IMG/VR virus record: IMGVR_UViG_3300005512_000139
Coordinates: 1-35,142 of that record
Length of the DNA stretch: 35,142 nucleotides
Origin: a virus
Lineage: Duplodnaviria; Caudoviricetes
Direction: 5' to 3' (one strand)
The notes beneath the pieces were generated by a model. It had not been told where the DNA came from. It did not search any database and saw nothing but the letters and a program-made list of their open reading frames with translations. Both the position numbers and the translations under genes were made by a program. Positions 1-14,400 of the stretch are shown in pieces. Positions within the stretch are counted from its first letter, which is position 1, and each line of letters starts with the position of its first letter.

Positions 1-849
1 TAAAATACCATTCGAAATCGTAGCAAGTTCAACAAATCCATCATCATTAAAATCATCAATTGCTTTTTTACTTAAAGATGCAGTAATTTTAAGTCTATCT
101 GCACCAGGTGCCGAATAATTATTAAATCCGGCGGCATTATCATTTAAAGTTGGATCAATATCAGAATTAATAATTTCTTCTGTCAGAGAAAGTCCAATTC
201 TGTAACTAGGAGTAGCACTATATTGATCAAGAAGAATAGTTTCACTGTCTACAAAGATAAATTTACCTTTTGCAAAGTAAACGCCATTTTGTATTGAAAA
301 AGCAGACGCAGTACTTGTAGAATTGACTGGAATAGTAGATGCAAAGGGTTCTCCAGAAGAAATAACAGTATTTTCTGTAGCAATTGTCACATTTGCGGAT
401 AAAGGTTCTCCATCAGAGAACACTTGTGTCTGATTATTGCTTGCATCAGACTGAAGATAACTGATGTATAAGGTTGTATTTCCTCTTTCAGAGTCAGAAT
501 CGACTAAAACCTTATTTACTACCGCTGTTACGCCAGAAATTTGCCCTGTTATCTTTGCTCCTACAAGGCGATCAATATAATTGCTAACTGGTACACCAAG
601 ATAAGTATTTACTAATTCAACCGCATAATAAGAAGTACTATATGACGTATTTCCTGGAATTACCTTGGCACCTTCTTTGAAAAAATGCCTACCAAAAGTT
701 TCAACCTGATTTTGCAGGATAGATTGGAGATTGTTTAATTCTCTAGCTTGAACTGGATAACCAGGTTTGAATAAAACATTATAATATTCGTCATTCGCAT
801 CAAAATCGTCAAAGTATGGTGCGACGTTAAGATTAGTTTCTTGTGGCAT
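1..849 (-). CDS. Virion structural protein, VrlC-like/DUF4815-type (5' part only, runs off the window)
   Basis: Not in the ORF track. ATG at 849 reads MPQETNLNVAPYFDDFDANDEYYNVLFKPGYPVQARELNNLQSILQNQVETFGRHFFKEGAKVIPG and later NNYSAPGADRLKI. This N-terminus is typical of the large structural protein that follows gp8 in T4-like cyanophages. Confidence 0.8.
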   Translation of the reverse strand, partial: MPQETNLNVAPYFDDFDANDEYYNVLFKPGYPVQARELNNLQSILQNQVETFGRHFFKEGAKVIPGNTSYSTSYYAVELVNTYLGVPVSNYIDRLVGAKITGQISGVTAVVNKVLVDSDSERGNTTLYISYLQSDASNNQTQVFSDGEPLSANVTIATENTVISSGEPFASTIPVNSTSTASAFSIQNGVYFAKGKFIFVDSETILLDQYSATPSYRIGLSLTEEIINSDIDPTLNDNAAGFNNYSAPGADRLKITASLSKKAIDDFNDDGFVELATISNGIL

Positions 850-855
850 AATTCT

Positions 856-2415
856 TTAGAACTGCAAAATGACTTTAATATCTTCTTTTTGATTCACTGA
901 TCTGGTGATCGAGGGCCTATTATCTACATAAATTATGTTTCCTGAGTATTTTTCTACTTCAGGATTGGCAACTCCCTGACTGAATTCTTGTCCAAGATAA
1001 TATGTCTTATTATTTATTACCGTTGACAAACCTGTAAAGGTAGTATCAATACCCAAATTTACTGATCCACCATTAATGCTGAGAGAACCCCCAGTAACAA
1101 TATTGGCAGTAAATCTATTCAAAGAAAATCCATATTGTGGCGAAGTATTTTTAGTTCCATCCGTGTTAAATCCTGCCAGGGTTCTATCTTGCCATAATTT
1201 CAAAACACCCGTTGTTTGATCATAAGAAACAACTTTTCCAACCGCAGTAGAACCAACACCGATTGTTTGAGTGACTAAAGAATCTGGGGTAAACGAAGCA
1301 GAACTATATCCTGTTCCAGTTAACCTTAAAGCATATGTTGCAGATGCTTTATTCAAATTTAAAAGATCAGTCGAGTCATATGCTTTGGGATTTTCTATAA
1401 TACCAACTCTCGCAATCTGATTTCCAGTAATAAAATCTGGATTTTCAGTATCATTTTCAATTCTTGAATAGATTAAAGAGTTGAATGCTCCCAGTTCTCT
1501 ATAAATGTTTGCACCATGTCCTCCCTGAGGAGGAATAATCACATCAAAAACTGGAGATGTTGTTCCTGTTGGGACATTTCCTCCCTCCAAATCCAGAGTT
1601 CCAAAGGTATATCCACTTCCACCATTTGAAACAGTTACAGACTCAATTTTAGAATTGTTATTTACAACAACAGTTGCTTCTGCACCTCTTCCGTCACCTT
1701 TAATTGGAACTCTAGTATAAGTTCTGTTTGCTGTTCCTAATCCAACTCCTCTGTTGATAATAGTTACAATTTTAAGTTGTCCGCTAGTAGCGGCATTATT
1801 TCTTACAGGTACAATATTTTCATTAGTAGAAGTTTCCCAGTCGGTAGGGACGGGTAAAAAGTTTGTAGAGTCAAACTTGGTAATATCACTTGGACTAATT
1901 GTAAACAAATACTTCCAAATATATCCATCTCCACTTGTACCTGCTTCTCTTGGTTCTAAGTCAGTAAAAGTAGGTTCATCAAGAGACGCTCTACCGCTTG
2001 GATTTTCTGGATTAGTTCCATTTTGAAGACAAATATAAACTCTATAATCAGAGTTCATCACATAATAATTTGCTCCATACAAATTTGTAGCATTTGATGG
2101 TTTTGATGTATTTTCTGCTTTAATATCATTTCTGTACATGTCATATGTGACACCAGATGCCCAAGATATCTTTCTTACAACTCTTTTCACATCAGAAGAA
2201 CTGATTTTCTTAAGAGCAATCATTGTGTCCCAATAACTATTCTCTTCATTAAAATTATCCCTAGGGCTGGGCGGACTAGTATCCCAAGTTGACTTCACTT
2301 CTGTTGGATTTGGAAGTCCAACAAAAGTGTAATATGAATTACTAGTCGATGCCACACTGGCAACAAACTCTTTTGAATTTAAGATACGAAGTTGATCAGT
2401 TATGATTGCTGCCAT
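856..2415 (-). CDS. gp8: Baseplate wedge subunit gp8
   Basis: 519 aa with MAAIITDQLRI, YRVYICLQNG, GDGYIWKYLF and C-terminal QKEDIKVILQF; lies after gp7. Confidence 0.9.
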   Translation of the reverse strand: MAAIITDQLRILNSKEFVASVASTSNSYYTFVGLPNPTEVKSTWDTSPPSPRDNFNEENSYWDTMIALKKISSSDVKRVVRKISWASGVTYDMYRNDIKAENTSKPSNATNLYGANYYVMNSDYRVYICLQNGTNPENPSGRASLDEPTFTDLEPREAGTSGDGYIWKYLFTISPSDITKFDSTNFLPVPTDWETSTNENIVPVRNNAATSGQLKIVTIINRGVGLGTANRTYTRVPIKGDGRGAEATVVVNNNSKIESVTVSNGGSGYTFGTLDLEGGNVPTGTTSPVFDVIIPPQGGHGANIYRELGAFNSLIYSRIENDTENPDFITGNQIARVGIIENPKAYDSTDLLNLNKASATYALRLTGTGYSSASFTPDSLVTQTIGVGSTAVGKVVSYDQTTGVLKLWQDRTLAGFNTDGTKNTSPQYGFSLNRFTANIVTGGSLSINGGSVNLGIDTTFTGLSTVINNKTYYLGQEFSQGVANPEVEKYSGNIIYVDNRPSITRSVNQKEDIKVILQF

Positions 2416-2435
2416 TTTTAACAGGACTTTTTTGT

Positions 2436-2442
2436 TATTTAT
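2436..2442 (-). promoter_or_regulatory. T4-type late promoter (ATAAATA)
   Basis: TATAAATA-like box about 20 nt upstream of the gp8 ATG. Confidence 0.6.
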
Positions 2443-2451
2443 CTACTCAAA

Positions 2452-5400
2452 TTACAAATAGTTTTGGAATTTTAATGGTGAAGATCTTGTGATAATTGCT
2501 GACGTAGAAATTCCAGCAGAACCATTTAGCGTATATGAATTAAATGCCTTAGCACTAACTCTTGCACCCAAATCAATTCTTCCCCATGAATAGTTACCAT
2601 AGAATTCCGTAAGTCCAATTCCAGTCACGTCTCCTAAGTCTTGAACACTTACGGTGACTCTTCTCACATAAGTAACACCAACGCCTGCCACTGCTGTTGT
2701 TGCAGTAGAAACTGCGGCGACTTCATAAACACTATCTAGGAATTGTGTTGTTACACCAAGAACAGTATTATCTTGATAGAGTGATGTGACACCACTACCA
2801 ATATTACTATTATTTACCACGAAATAATATCCAGTCTGAATACCGCTAACAGTAACGGCAGATCCCACAATATTTGTATCTCGGAGAGCAGAGTCAATGG
2901 GAATAAAGAAGTCAAATACATATCCCGTCGATGCAGCACCAATAGAAGTTGATGTTACTCCAACGATAGATCCAAAATCTCCAGAATAAGAATCAGTGGT
3001 ATTTTCCTCGGAGAGAGAATTTGGAATCTCGATTATAACTTCGGGAGGAGTTGTAGATGTATATCCAGTTCCTGCTCTTGTGACAGTAATTGAAGAAACT
3101 GCATCACCAGTCAAAGTTGCTGTTGCGGTTGCAGTAGTTCCCAAACCAACAGGAATATTGCTGCCATTGACATATGTTGTCTTTGGAGCAGTATAATCAA
3201 ATCCAATTGGATCTGCAATTTTAACTGTTGGTGCAGAAGTATATCCAGTACCGCCGTAACTGACAACAATTTCAGAGATAGTTCCTGCAATAGAAACAAC
3301 TGCGGTAGCAGATGCGCCAACTATGTTATCTTGCGAAGTTAAGGTAACTTTTTTTGTACGTGCTGCAGTATTGTTTTCCTTATCATTATCAAAGAAAGTT
3401 TTAACACTCTCGACAAATGCGATATCGGAAGAAACTCCAACAGGTTGAATAAGGAAGGTAGATGGGAAGATGAGAGGTTCAACTTCATTTCTACTCTTAC
3501 TTATTATTTGTCCATCAATAACTTTATCAAACTTCTGTTTGCACCACTCAACACGACGTATATTATCTGGGTTAGAGTCAATTCCGAATCCATTATATGC
3601 GTTGGTTTCCACAGAATCTGTAGCAAATATCTCAGTTACTAAACGCTTCTCTTGATTTTCAATTTGTAAAGTGTCACCTTCTTTGACGGATTCGAGAACA
3701 TCACGGAATACAACATCAACGTCGCCACTTCCCTTATAGAAGAGAATCTTACAAGTGTCTCCGGTATAGTCAGTGTCTGCACCCCTTGGAGCAGATGCAA
3801 ATGTCAAGGTAGAACCACCGTCTAAGGTAAATCCTTCACCAGGGACTTGAAGAATATCATTCAAGAAAACTAACAATGTTGATTGAACATCAATCTTAGA
3901 ACCTGGAGCAGATCTGATTGTTACTGGTGAAGATGCAGTTTTCAAAGTAAAGGATCTCTTAACTCCATCAAACTGATCTTGAATCAGATCCAGAACCTGA
4001 AGTTCGCCAAAATGCCATCCTGAGAAAGAATCAGATTCTACTTTATCGATAGTAAGTTGGAATTCTTTAAACGTTTTAGTAGTATCTGTGGGAATTCCAG
4101 TCATTCCTCCGATTGGTACAGTAAGAACTTGCCCTTGCCCATACCCATATCCACCATTTCTAATTTCAAACTGAACTACACTAGATCCTTGTCCAACAAC
4201 AATATCGGCAGTTGCTTCAGTACCACCACCTCCGACAAGAGAGATGTTGGAATAAGAAAGTGGTTCATCAATTACAACGATTGGTTCAGAACCGATGGAA
4301 TAACCAGATCCACTAGTAGTTACCGCAATACTTACAATATGCCCATTTTGAATTGCAGCAGTTCCAATAAATTCAATATTGGGAGTGCCAGTACTGCTAG
4401 TTTGAACACCAACTCTAACTGTCTGAATTCCAGCACGATATCCAGATCCACTATTACCAATGCTGACAGAAACAATAGTTCCTCCTACAGAAACAATCGC
4501 TGTTCCGCCAGCAGCAACCAAAGGTTGATATCCAATCCCACCAGTAGATCCAACAGACACAATAATTCCTCCAACAGGAATTGTTGCATTATTGGGATCA
4601 GATGCCAATGATGTTGCTGCACCAGTAAATGTAATCGTAGAGATTCCAGATCCTTCAGAAAGGGTATAGTCCTGATTGGATGTTAGTTGTCCAGTTGGAC
4701 TCTGGAAAATATTATTGATCAAAACTACTGCATTATTAGTGCTAAATCCAGCGACATTTTCACCATTAGACTTGAGGGTGAAATCCTTAGATGTAGCATT
4801 GAATCCCTCAGAAATATCATCAAAGACGTAGTTATCATTGTAAGTTCTTATGGATCCACCTGTTGTACCAGATCTCAAGAATGTTCTACCTTGGAAAGTA
4901 GAGAATGTTGTAATTCCTGTCCAATCTCTTGAATCGGGAGGATTGGTTGTGCTACTAATAGGAGTTGGGCCTTGAGGTGCGGTGTAGAAGTTGATTGTGT
5001 TGTCTACAATGTTATAAGATCCATTTACTTTGGTAACAATAGAGTTTTCTGTATGAATCGCTATATTTGTTCCCATCCATCCTCTGTCTACCAAGATGGC
5101 ATTTGTAGTTCCGATACCAATGGTATTGATCTTCATGATCTCATCATCAATTTGAATCAAGTCTCCGCCGAAGAATGATGTGATTCCAGATACTTTCAAG
5201 ATGTCTTCAGTTTTCAAAAGTGTAGTCGTAATTCCAGTAGTTGTTGCCGTAGAAATAATTGGAGACTGAATCATATTGTCCAGTGCAATCAAACACTTAG
5301 TGTTTTGATTTCTTGCGGTAAATGCATGAACAGTACCAACACCAGCAGCAATAAAATTGACGGGAGTTGGAATAGACGCTAAAGCATTTGCAGCAGACGA

Positions 5401-8400
5401 AGCGATTTTAATTGTAGAATCATCAATCTTAATTGCATAAAGTGGAACATTATGGTTTGGTAAAAACGCAGTAGCACCAATTCCGGAGAAAGTTGTGGTT
5501 ACAATTCCAATTGGTGTGTCATCTTCGCCATAACTATACACAATTTCTTCTCCACTTACGAAGAAGTGATCAGGAATAGTTAAAGAATCTTCAGAAATAT
5601 TGATAATATTTGTATCAGAAGCATCAACATCTCTTCTAAAAATTTCTTTCTCTTTATGTCTAAGTTTAAATGCCCTTAAAATATTTGTTGCAGTACCCGC
5701 ATAAGTTCCATAAGATCCTTCAATAATAGCATTGTTCAATCTAACCGCTGCTTCACCAAATGAAGTTGGGGTTACTTGCTCAATCGCCATTTGAAAGACA
5801 CGAACTTCGGTTGCCGCACTTGCAGGTGGGGTATATTGTAAATGAGTATTAGTTGATGTCCTTAAGGCACCAATAGTTCCAATTCCTATTCCAGTTGTCA
5901 GATTACCATATTCTGTAACATAGACATTGGAAGAATCATTTAGAACGACAGCTTCAGAAACTTGATACTGATTGTTAGTGGTATCCTCAATACTTATAAC
6001 ATAATATGCTGCTTGGTAATCATTAATACCATCATGTGTATAAGTTGCAATCGTATGAATTCCTGGAGTTCCAGATGCTGGGATAGTGGTTTGGTGGGAA
6101 TCAACCAGTCCAATACCTTCATCAAGATTTCCAATGGTAATTGTATTACCAATACCACCGCTTGCAGAAGTTGGGATAAAAATTCCAAACACATTCGTTG
6201 TACATGCAGTACCTGCATTTGGAGTGAATGAAACATTTAGATTTCCTCCACTGATAGCAGTTTCATAAGTACCCAATCCAACAGAACCAGAAGCCCCCAA
6301 TGTACCAGTAACAATTTGATTGTATTCGATAAGTTCTGCAGATGATCCATCATGAATAACGTTCAATTCATTATATTCAAATAAACCTTGATCGTTATTG
6401 GTTTCGACAATTAAATGTGCAGATCTGTAAGTTGAAGCAATAGAGACAATATTTGTCGTAGAACTGAAACTATCTTTTTGGAATGTTTCTACTCTTGCAA
6501 CATCTCCCAAAGATGTAGATCCAACACCTATTACACTATTATTAACACCAATATTAATAAAAGAAACATTGAAATTATTAACAGAGAACTTAGTTGGGTA
6601 GAAAAGCAGTTCTCCTTCAGTACCAGAGACTCTAAAATCAAAAGATCCCATATCATAAGTAGTATCTACTCTTCCATATTGGGATAGATATGCTCTCGTT
6701 CCATCATTAACGATAGAAACAAACATGGTTTGTCTCTCATCTGTGAATCTTCTGTCTTTAATAAATGTGAAGAACTTGTTGACTTTTTGATTAAGAGAAA
6801 AATTTCCAATTGCAGAGAATCTATCTGCTCTTGGTTCACTATTGAATTCGGTGCTGATATCGTCGATAGTTAAAACTCTGTTTCCAACTGACTCAAAGTA
6901 ATCAGTAAGAATTCTAGACTTGAAATAAATCTCATCAGAGATCGTTTGAGATCCAATATTCAAAGAGTTTTCAGTTACTAAATCAAAGTCTGAATAGCAT
7001 TGAATGTCAATTGCAGAAGATACATCGGTTACAATGTCAACAGTTGATCCTGAGTTTTCAGTGAATACTCCTCTAAAGTTTTCATCTTGAGTTTCAATGA
7101 TATGATCACTAAACTTAAGTAATCCTGTTGGGTGAGCAAGAGCACTTACTGCATCATTCCAAGTCTCATATGAGACTTTAGATTTGAGAGAATATGAGAA
7201 CTGCTGATAATAATTGTTATCAGGCATTCTTTCTGTATTGTAATTCAGGAATCCAGTTTCTTTTTGCCATCCTTTTTGAACGATGGAGGTAGAATCCAGA
7301 TTAGAATGTGCGTTGAAATTAACTACTTCTTTTACAATACTTTGAGATTTAGAAGTTCTACCAGAAATTATATCTCCGACTTGGAAATCAACTTTAGTGT
7401 TAATCTTTAAGAGTTCAACCTGATCATTCCAACTTTCAACCGTTCCAGACTTATTTCCAGAAGTAACAACTTCACCTGCCAAGAAATTGTTTTTCTTAAG
7501 AGTAGAATTGAATTTTGGAAAATCCTTCTCTGGAATAATTCTTGGAGAAGAATTTGCAGCATCAAAATTGCCAGGAATCTGTCCACTCGCAAGGAGATCA
7601 ATCATAGTATAAGTCACCACACCAACTGAACCGCCGAGAGGAATGTTTACATCAGTCAATTGGAATAAAGCATAACCGTAGTCGGAAGAATTATATCCAT
7701 TACCAGTTGTTCCAACTCCAACACTTACACCTTCAAGTAGAATTTTATCTCCAACAGAAAGTGGAGCACTGTCACTAAAAGCAGTTGCTAAACCAACAGT
7801 TACTGTCTTATCACTATCGTCATATGTGATGCTACTAACAGGAATACCAGTAGAGTTATCTACAGGAATGATTGTTGGTTGAACGTTACTGATTCCCTTT
7901 GTATTTTTGAGAATGGTGACTTTAGTATCTCCAACTTCATAAGTCAGATCAACATCATTAACAAGGTTTCCAGTAAGTCCGTCAAGCACTACCAAGTTTG
8001 GTGCAATAGTATAATTTTTACCTGCAGAAGTAATACCAATTTCATCAAATACTACTAGAGGATCAACCAGAACAACTTCTGGAAGATTTAAGGTAGGACG
8101 AAGAGTGTTGTCAGTAGGGTAATCAAATCCAATATCTTCGATTGTAGTCGATATAATCGATCCAATATCAGTACTAGATGGTTGCAGAATTGCTCCACCT
8201 CTATTAGAATTGGAAGATACTCCAACAATTGAAGATACTCCAACGATATATGGATATCCAAATCCTTTGTTTAAGAACTCTATGTTGGAGATTGGGCCAT
8301 ATGCAACCTTAGAGTCGGTTTCATAAGATAAAGTTGCATTAGAAGAAGTGTAAGAAGAAATTTCAGGAACTCTTTCCGAATTATATTCAAAAGTATTTGT

Positions 8401-11400
8401 AGTAAGTCCTGTGACTTTGTAATTTCCAGAATACTTACTAGATTCAATTTGAATAGTATTGTTGTTTAAAACATCACTATCAATCACAATTTCTTTCTTA
8501 TTCTCAGGGATAAACGTATCCAATACTGGAGTTGCTCTATAGTATAGTTTACTTGGAACATTGCTATTAATTCTTAATGTCAGTCCAGCATTTGTATCAA
8601 CACCAACCCTACCAGTTTTACTGACTTCGAAAGTGTCAGACGACTCGCTTGTGTTAAATACATAATCTAAATTATCGTCAGAATAAAGATCAAAGTCAAA
8701 TGCAGAATAATTTGCTCCAGAAACCTCAAATGACAACGATGAGTCTGATAAATCAAACGTCACAGTCTCATTATTAAAAAATGTTTTGGAAGGATTAATT
8801 GGAGAAATAGTTCCAGCAGATGCTGAAGTTATATCTACAAAAATAGGATCAAACTTAGTCGCATTGTATGCTGATGTAGTGAGTTTAATCTTATCATCAG
8901 TAAACGCAAAGATATAATAAATCTCCTCATCCATCAACCCACCAGATGGTGTCGATGCTGTGTGAATTACTTTATCACCAGTAACAAGTCCATGATTAGC
9001 AATAGTGATTGTATTCTCAACGACATCTACGTTACCTGCAGTGAAATCCTTCGGATCGAATACAAGTCTTCTATTGTGATCATTATACTTGACAGAAACG
9101 CTTGTGGACACCCCAGAGATAGCGTTTATAAAGACATTATTGCCTAGAGTCAACCCATGAGTTGATGCAGTAGAAACTGTAACAATATTCTTTTTAACAC
9201 TAGCAGATACAATATTATCTTTATTGGTTGTAAAACTATGCTGATGTCCAGTACCAATTCCAGTGAAGTAGAGGAGTCCATCATTGATAGTTGTGGCAGA
9301 TGCTCCAACAAATGTTCCTGTGCTACCAAGTGAAACGGATACTGTAGACAATCCGATCAGATCCTTAGAAATTCTAGCAACATAAACTTTTTCAGGAATA
9401 TCAAATTGATTAGAAGCACCAACGGTAGAAACTCCAATTGAAGATCCGTCATACGAATTATATGTAAGAATGTCTCCAGTCTTAAGTTCATGATCAGGAA
9501 GATAAATTGCTCTTGTTTGTACAAACAGTTGAGTTTTTCCTGCTCCTGGATTGGAGAACGTAATAGTAGTTCCAATACCAACACCACTTTCATTTCCTAA
9601 CGCTACTGCCTCAATAGGATTGAAATAAATTTCTTTATTCAATTCAAATTTGACGTTAGTTTCTTTTTTGTTTGGAGAGAATCTAAACTTTCTAGTTCTC
9701 TCTACAAGTTGAGTTGTAGCAGTGTGTGCAACAGATACTGTACCTTCTACAGATCTTTGAACTCTAACTCTAGAATTTAAAACATCTACATTCAGAATTC
9801 TAATTCTTTCAGATCCAATATCAAAAATATCATTTTCTCTAATATTAAAGATATCGGATAGAATCTCTCCAGAAATACTGAAGTATGTTACGATTCCAGT
9901 AACACCAGCGGTTCCTACTCCAGTAGTTAAGTTGAACAGAGATGATGTAATACCAACATTGAAAGATCCTTGTATATAAGAACTAGAAGTACTAATTCCT
10001 TCAATGTTTACAATATCACCCGCAGAGAAGAGATTAGGTGCAGTAGAGAATGCAACAAATTGATTAGAAGTATTCAGTCTCAGTGGTACGATTTCTAAAG
10101 AATCAATACTACTCGAAGCAACACTAACAGAATTGACTACTTTACCACCAACTCTAGAAACTCTTGCAACTGCAGGAGTTGTTGGATATTCACTAACAGT
10201 TTCAAATTCAATCCTGTCTCCAACTTGATATCCAGTTCCTCCAGTAATAATACCAACACTTTGAACTGATCCTTTGCTAGTATCATTGATATTGATAGTT
10301 TGACTTCTTATACTATCAGGTTGGAACAGATAATTATAAGATGCACCAGCAGTATCAAGTGAATAAGGAGATGTGTTTCTGAAATACTTAGAAGTATTCA
10401 GATCAAAATTATCCTGATTGTTAAATTCAAAATTAAATGAATCTGGTTTGGAATAATAACTGTTACCAATCAAATATGGGAACTGTGGTGCTTTGTATCC
10501 CCTGAAAGGGCCACTACTCTCAGCACCATTTGAATTAATGGTTGCAAAATATGCATAAACTCCATTTGGATAATCTGGAGTTATGCAGAAACGTCCATTA
10601 TGTTCATCTAAGTCTCCATTACCTGTAAAAATGTAATCATCAACAAAGAATCCACTATTAAACAGATCGGGACGATTTGGCAAATTCGATTGTAACTCAT
10701 ATCCAGAAATCATTGAACGGACTACGCCGCCAGTAGGAGTATCATATCCATATGGGCCATAGATGGGATTTCCATCATATGCCCACCCAATGATTGGTGA
10801 GTGATATGAGGATGAAACCTCTATGTTGTTTAACCTAACAAGATCCGTAGTTCCATATCTAATTTCATTTTCCTGAGACTTAGAGAAAATAGATTCTCTC
10901 AGATTTCTTGGAGCATAGATATGCGAATATTGAATTCCATAGAATTCATTTTGGGAAGAACTCAGAATTCCATCATCATCAGTAGTAAGATCAAAATATT
11001 TTTGGAATAAGTTGATATTCCATTTTTGCAAATTGGAATTAAATTGTGCTCCAGATCCTGCAGAAACAATCGCAACAGTGGTATCGTCTTGATTGTAATC
11101 AGATCCAGGATCATTTACAATGACACTACTAATTTGTCCATTAAGTAAGACAGCAACTAGTGTAGCATTACTCCCAGATCCAGAAACAATCAGATCAGGA
11201 GGAGAGTTATATCCACTTCCAGGGTTTGTGACTAAGACCTCTTGAATTCTTCCATTATTAACAATGGGAAGAAGTTCTGCATCATCTCCACTGAAAACAG
11301 TTATTCTTGGTTGTCTGTCAAAGTCAATGATGTCAGAAGATCCATAACCAACTCCATTGTCAGTTACTTGAACACTTTCGATTGTACCCCTGAATACAGG

Positions 11401-14400
11401 TTGGACATCTGCGTCAAAACTTTGTCCTACAAATGTAGTAACTCCAATCTTACCAGCAACAGATACTGAGATTGGTTCATAATTGAATGAATGATTACCA
11501 GATCCTACAGAACCGAAGTTGATATATTGAGCAGTATCGTAGAAGAATGACTTATTTGTTGTTCCAACTCCAACTGCAGATAAAGCAAAGTTGTCTTCAT
11601 CAATTACAGTAACATAGTATGAGGTATTTGAATTCAGTCCCGAAACTTGAGTGTCGGTAAATGTATAACGAACTAACTCTCCAGAAGCGTACTGATGATT
11701 TGAAATATTGATGTAATTGAGAGAAGTATTGATTCCAGATATACCTGTTGATCTTTCTTTGCTTTCATAGTTAGATCCTTCATTTACTATGGAGATATGG
11801 GCAATAACCTTTTTCTTCTCAACAGATTCTAATCTATGAACACCAGAACCAAGTGCAGTTAGATCAAGAACATTGGTGTTTGAAATGGCATCAACCTTAG
11901 TTGGGTGTAAGGATACTGTATGTGCATCAATAGTTCTTACATGATATTTCGCATCAGTTACAATTCCAGCAATTCCAGTTTGATTGTCTGTTCTATAAAT
12001 GACTTGCTCGGAGTTTCTAAACTTATGGAAAGTAGAAAATCCAATGGTGTCTGAAGAAATACCTGTGGTAACAGAATCTTCCGCATTAAATGATTCTGTA
12101 TGAGTAATCATATTGGTGCTGATTTCTGCTACAGCGCCTTTGCCATTACCACCTGTGATTGTAACAATAGGATCTTCAACATAATCAAATCCACCAGAAA
12201 GGACTTCAATTCTCTTAAGAGATCCTTTTACGTTACAAATTCCAGTAGCACCCGTTCCAACATTGTCATTAATAACCAATGCAGGTGGGTTAATTATATC
12301 ATATCCATCTCCTGAATTGGATACAACAATATCTTCCAGTTTTCCGTAGTAAACGTAATTTTCGGATTTATAGTTTAAAATCTCTACACCATTAATTAAA
12401 ATACCAGTCTTTCCAGAATTGGTAAGATATGTTCCACTTTCATTAAGTGGTTTAGAAATTTTTTTAATCAGTTTTTGATGTTCAATATCTTTACCACTAT
12501 ACTCAGTGGGTGTCAAAGTATTTGAAGTTACAATTCCAGAAACAGATACATATTTCTCTTCAAATAAATTTGACTGACTAGTTGCTAGTTTAAACTGATT
12601 ACTGCCAATTCTTCTAACGTAATAAATTCTTTCAGATAAATCGTTGAATCCACTGATAGTTTCTACTTGCTCACCAGCGACATCTGTCGTCGTTACATTC
12701 TTTTTATAATAAACAGAATCTCCAGTAAAATATCCATGATTGTTGAAGGTGAATGTATCTCCCTCAAAAGAACCACTCAAATCAATCTGTCTATTATTTG
12801 GTTGTAAGAAATTATTAGCATAATATGGAAGAGATGATGCTGCGACTAAAAGATTTCCATCAAAATCTGCGTATGTGTTTGAAACATCGGAAGTGTAGTT
12901 TTCAATATATCCAAACTTATCCGAAAGCGATGGAATTACTCTTGCGTTTGTCGTTACTCTCTGTGCAGTAATAGTATTGCCGACAGGTATAGTAGTACCA
13001 AAGGTTGCAGAGAACGTTTTGTCATTGGAGACGCTATCAACACTTGCAAACAACTCAGTATCTCCTGCAATTACAACAATACGAGTTCCTATGTTGAAAT
13101 TATGTGGAGATTCACATTTAATTCTATAACTTCCACTACTACTATCAATCAGTTCACTTGAGTCAACAGTAAATGTAGGTGAGACATTATAAATCCAACT
13201 GTAAGCAGCAGGACTATTGGTTGTAATACCAAGAGACTTAATTCTTGCTGTATCTCCATCGGTATAATAATAGGTATTGGGAGAATCTATTTCAACATCA
13301 GATAAAACAGATCCAATTCTCAAATCAATTCTAGTTGTAGTACCAACACCAACATAAGAGTATGCGGTACAATTAATTCTAATATCAGATTCTCTTGCTA
13401 AGGTAGACTCGACACCATCAACACTTAAGAACTGATTGACAGATTTTGCTGTGTAAGTTACAATTCCAGATCCGATAACAAGTTCACCAGAGTCTGGGAA
13501 TCCTATGGTTGAATCTACATCAATCGTAGTTGCACCAATAGAAACTGTATTAACAATTTTTGTCTTGGGATGGACAGAGAAATCGCCAAGAATACTTCCA
13601 CTAAATCGAACATCTCTTGCATAACCAAAGTCAAGAGAGAGTTTATAATACTCTTTTCCACCAAGGAATAACTTTTCTACATCATTGATAGTTGCAGATG
13701 CCGAATCGATACCATAATCTGCTCTTGCTGCACCAGTTGTTCCAATAGCAACGTTTGTAAAGTTATCTTGGAATAATGTTTGATTTTTTAAGTCTAAGGG
13801 AGTTCCGATGTCACTATTTAAATCTGTTCCTGTAGCAGAAATAAACTCAGTTACAATGTCTTTTGTAACTCTGTACTGGGCATCAGAAGGTTTGAAAAGA
13901 AACTCTGCTGGACGGATGACTTCTACGGGTTCTCCATAAAGAGCACTAAAAAGAATTTCAAATGATCTATCCGTTCCTTTCGATTTGTAGAAAGAAGATC
14001 CCTCAGAAATGAACAGTTTCTCATTCAATCCAGAGAAAAGTTCTCTCTGATCAAATCCTGGAGTAAACTGCTTCTTGATCTTAATTAAGAATTCATTTAA
14101 TAATAATGCACTCAGATTAGTAACAACTGATCCGGATGCATGACTATCTACTTGAGATTGTGAAAAAGTTAATTTATCTGGTGTATTTAAATCATGATAG
14201 GAGGTAACTCCACTAAATCCTCTGACACACCCAGTGAATGAATTGGATGTTTTTTCTGCATAGAGAATGATTTCATCACCAATCTTAATTAATCCATTTT
14301 TTTCTGGGAACTGATAAGTTCCTAATACATTACTACTTAAATCAAATTCAACACTAATTGTATCATCATCAATATCTACATATGCTGAGGTTACAGTTGT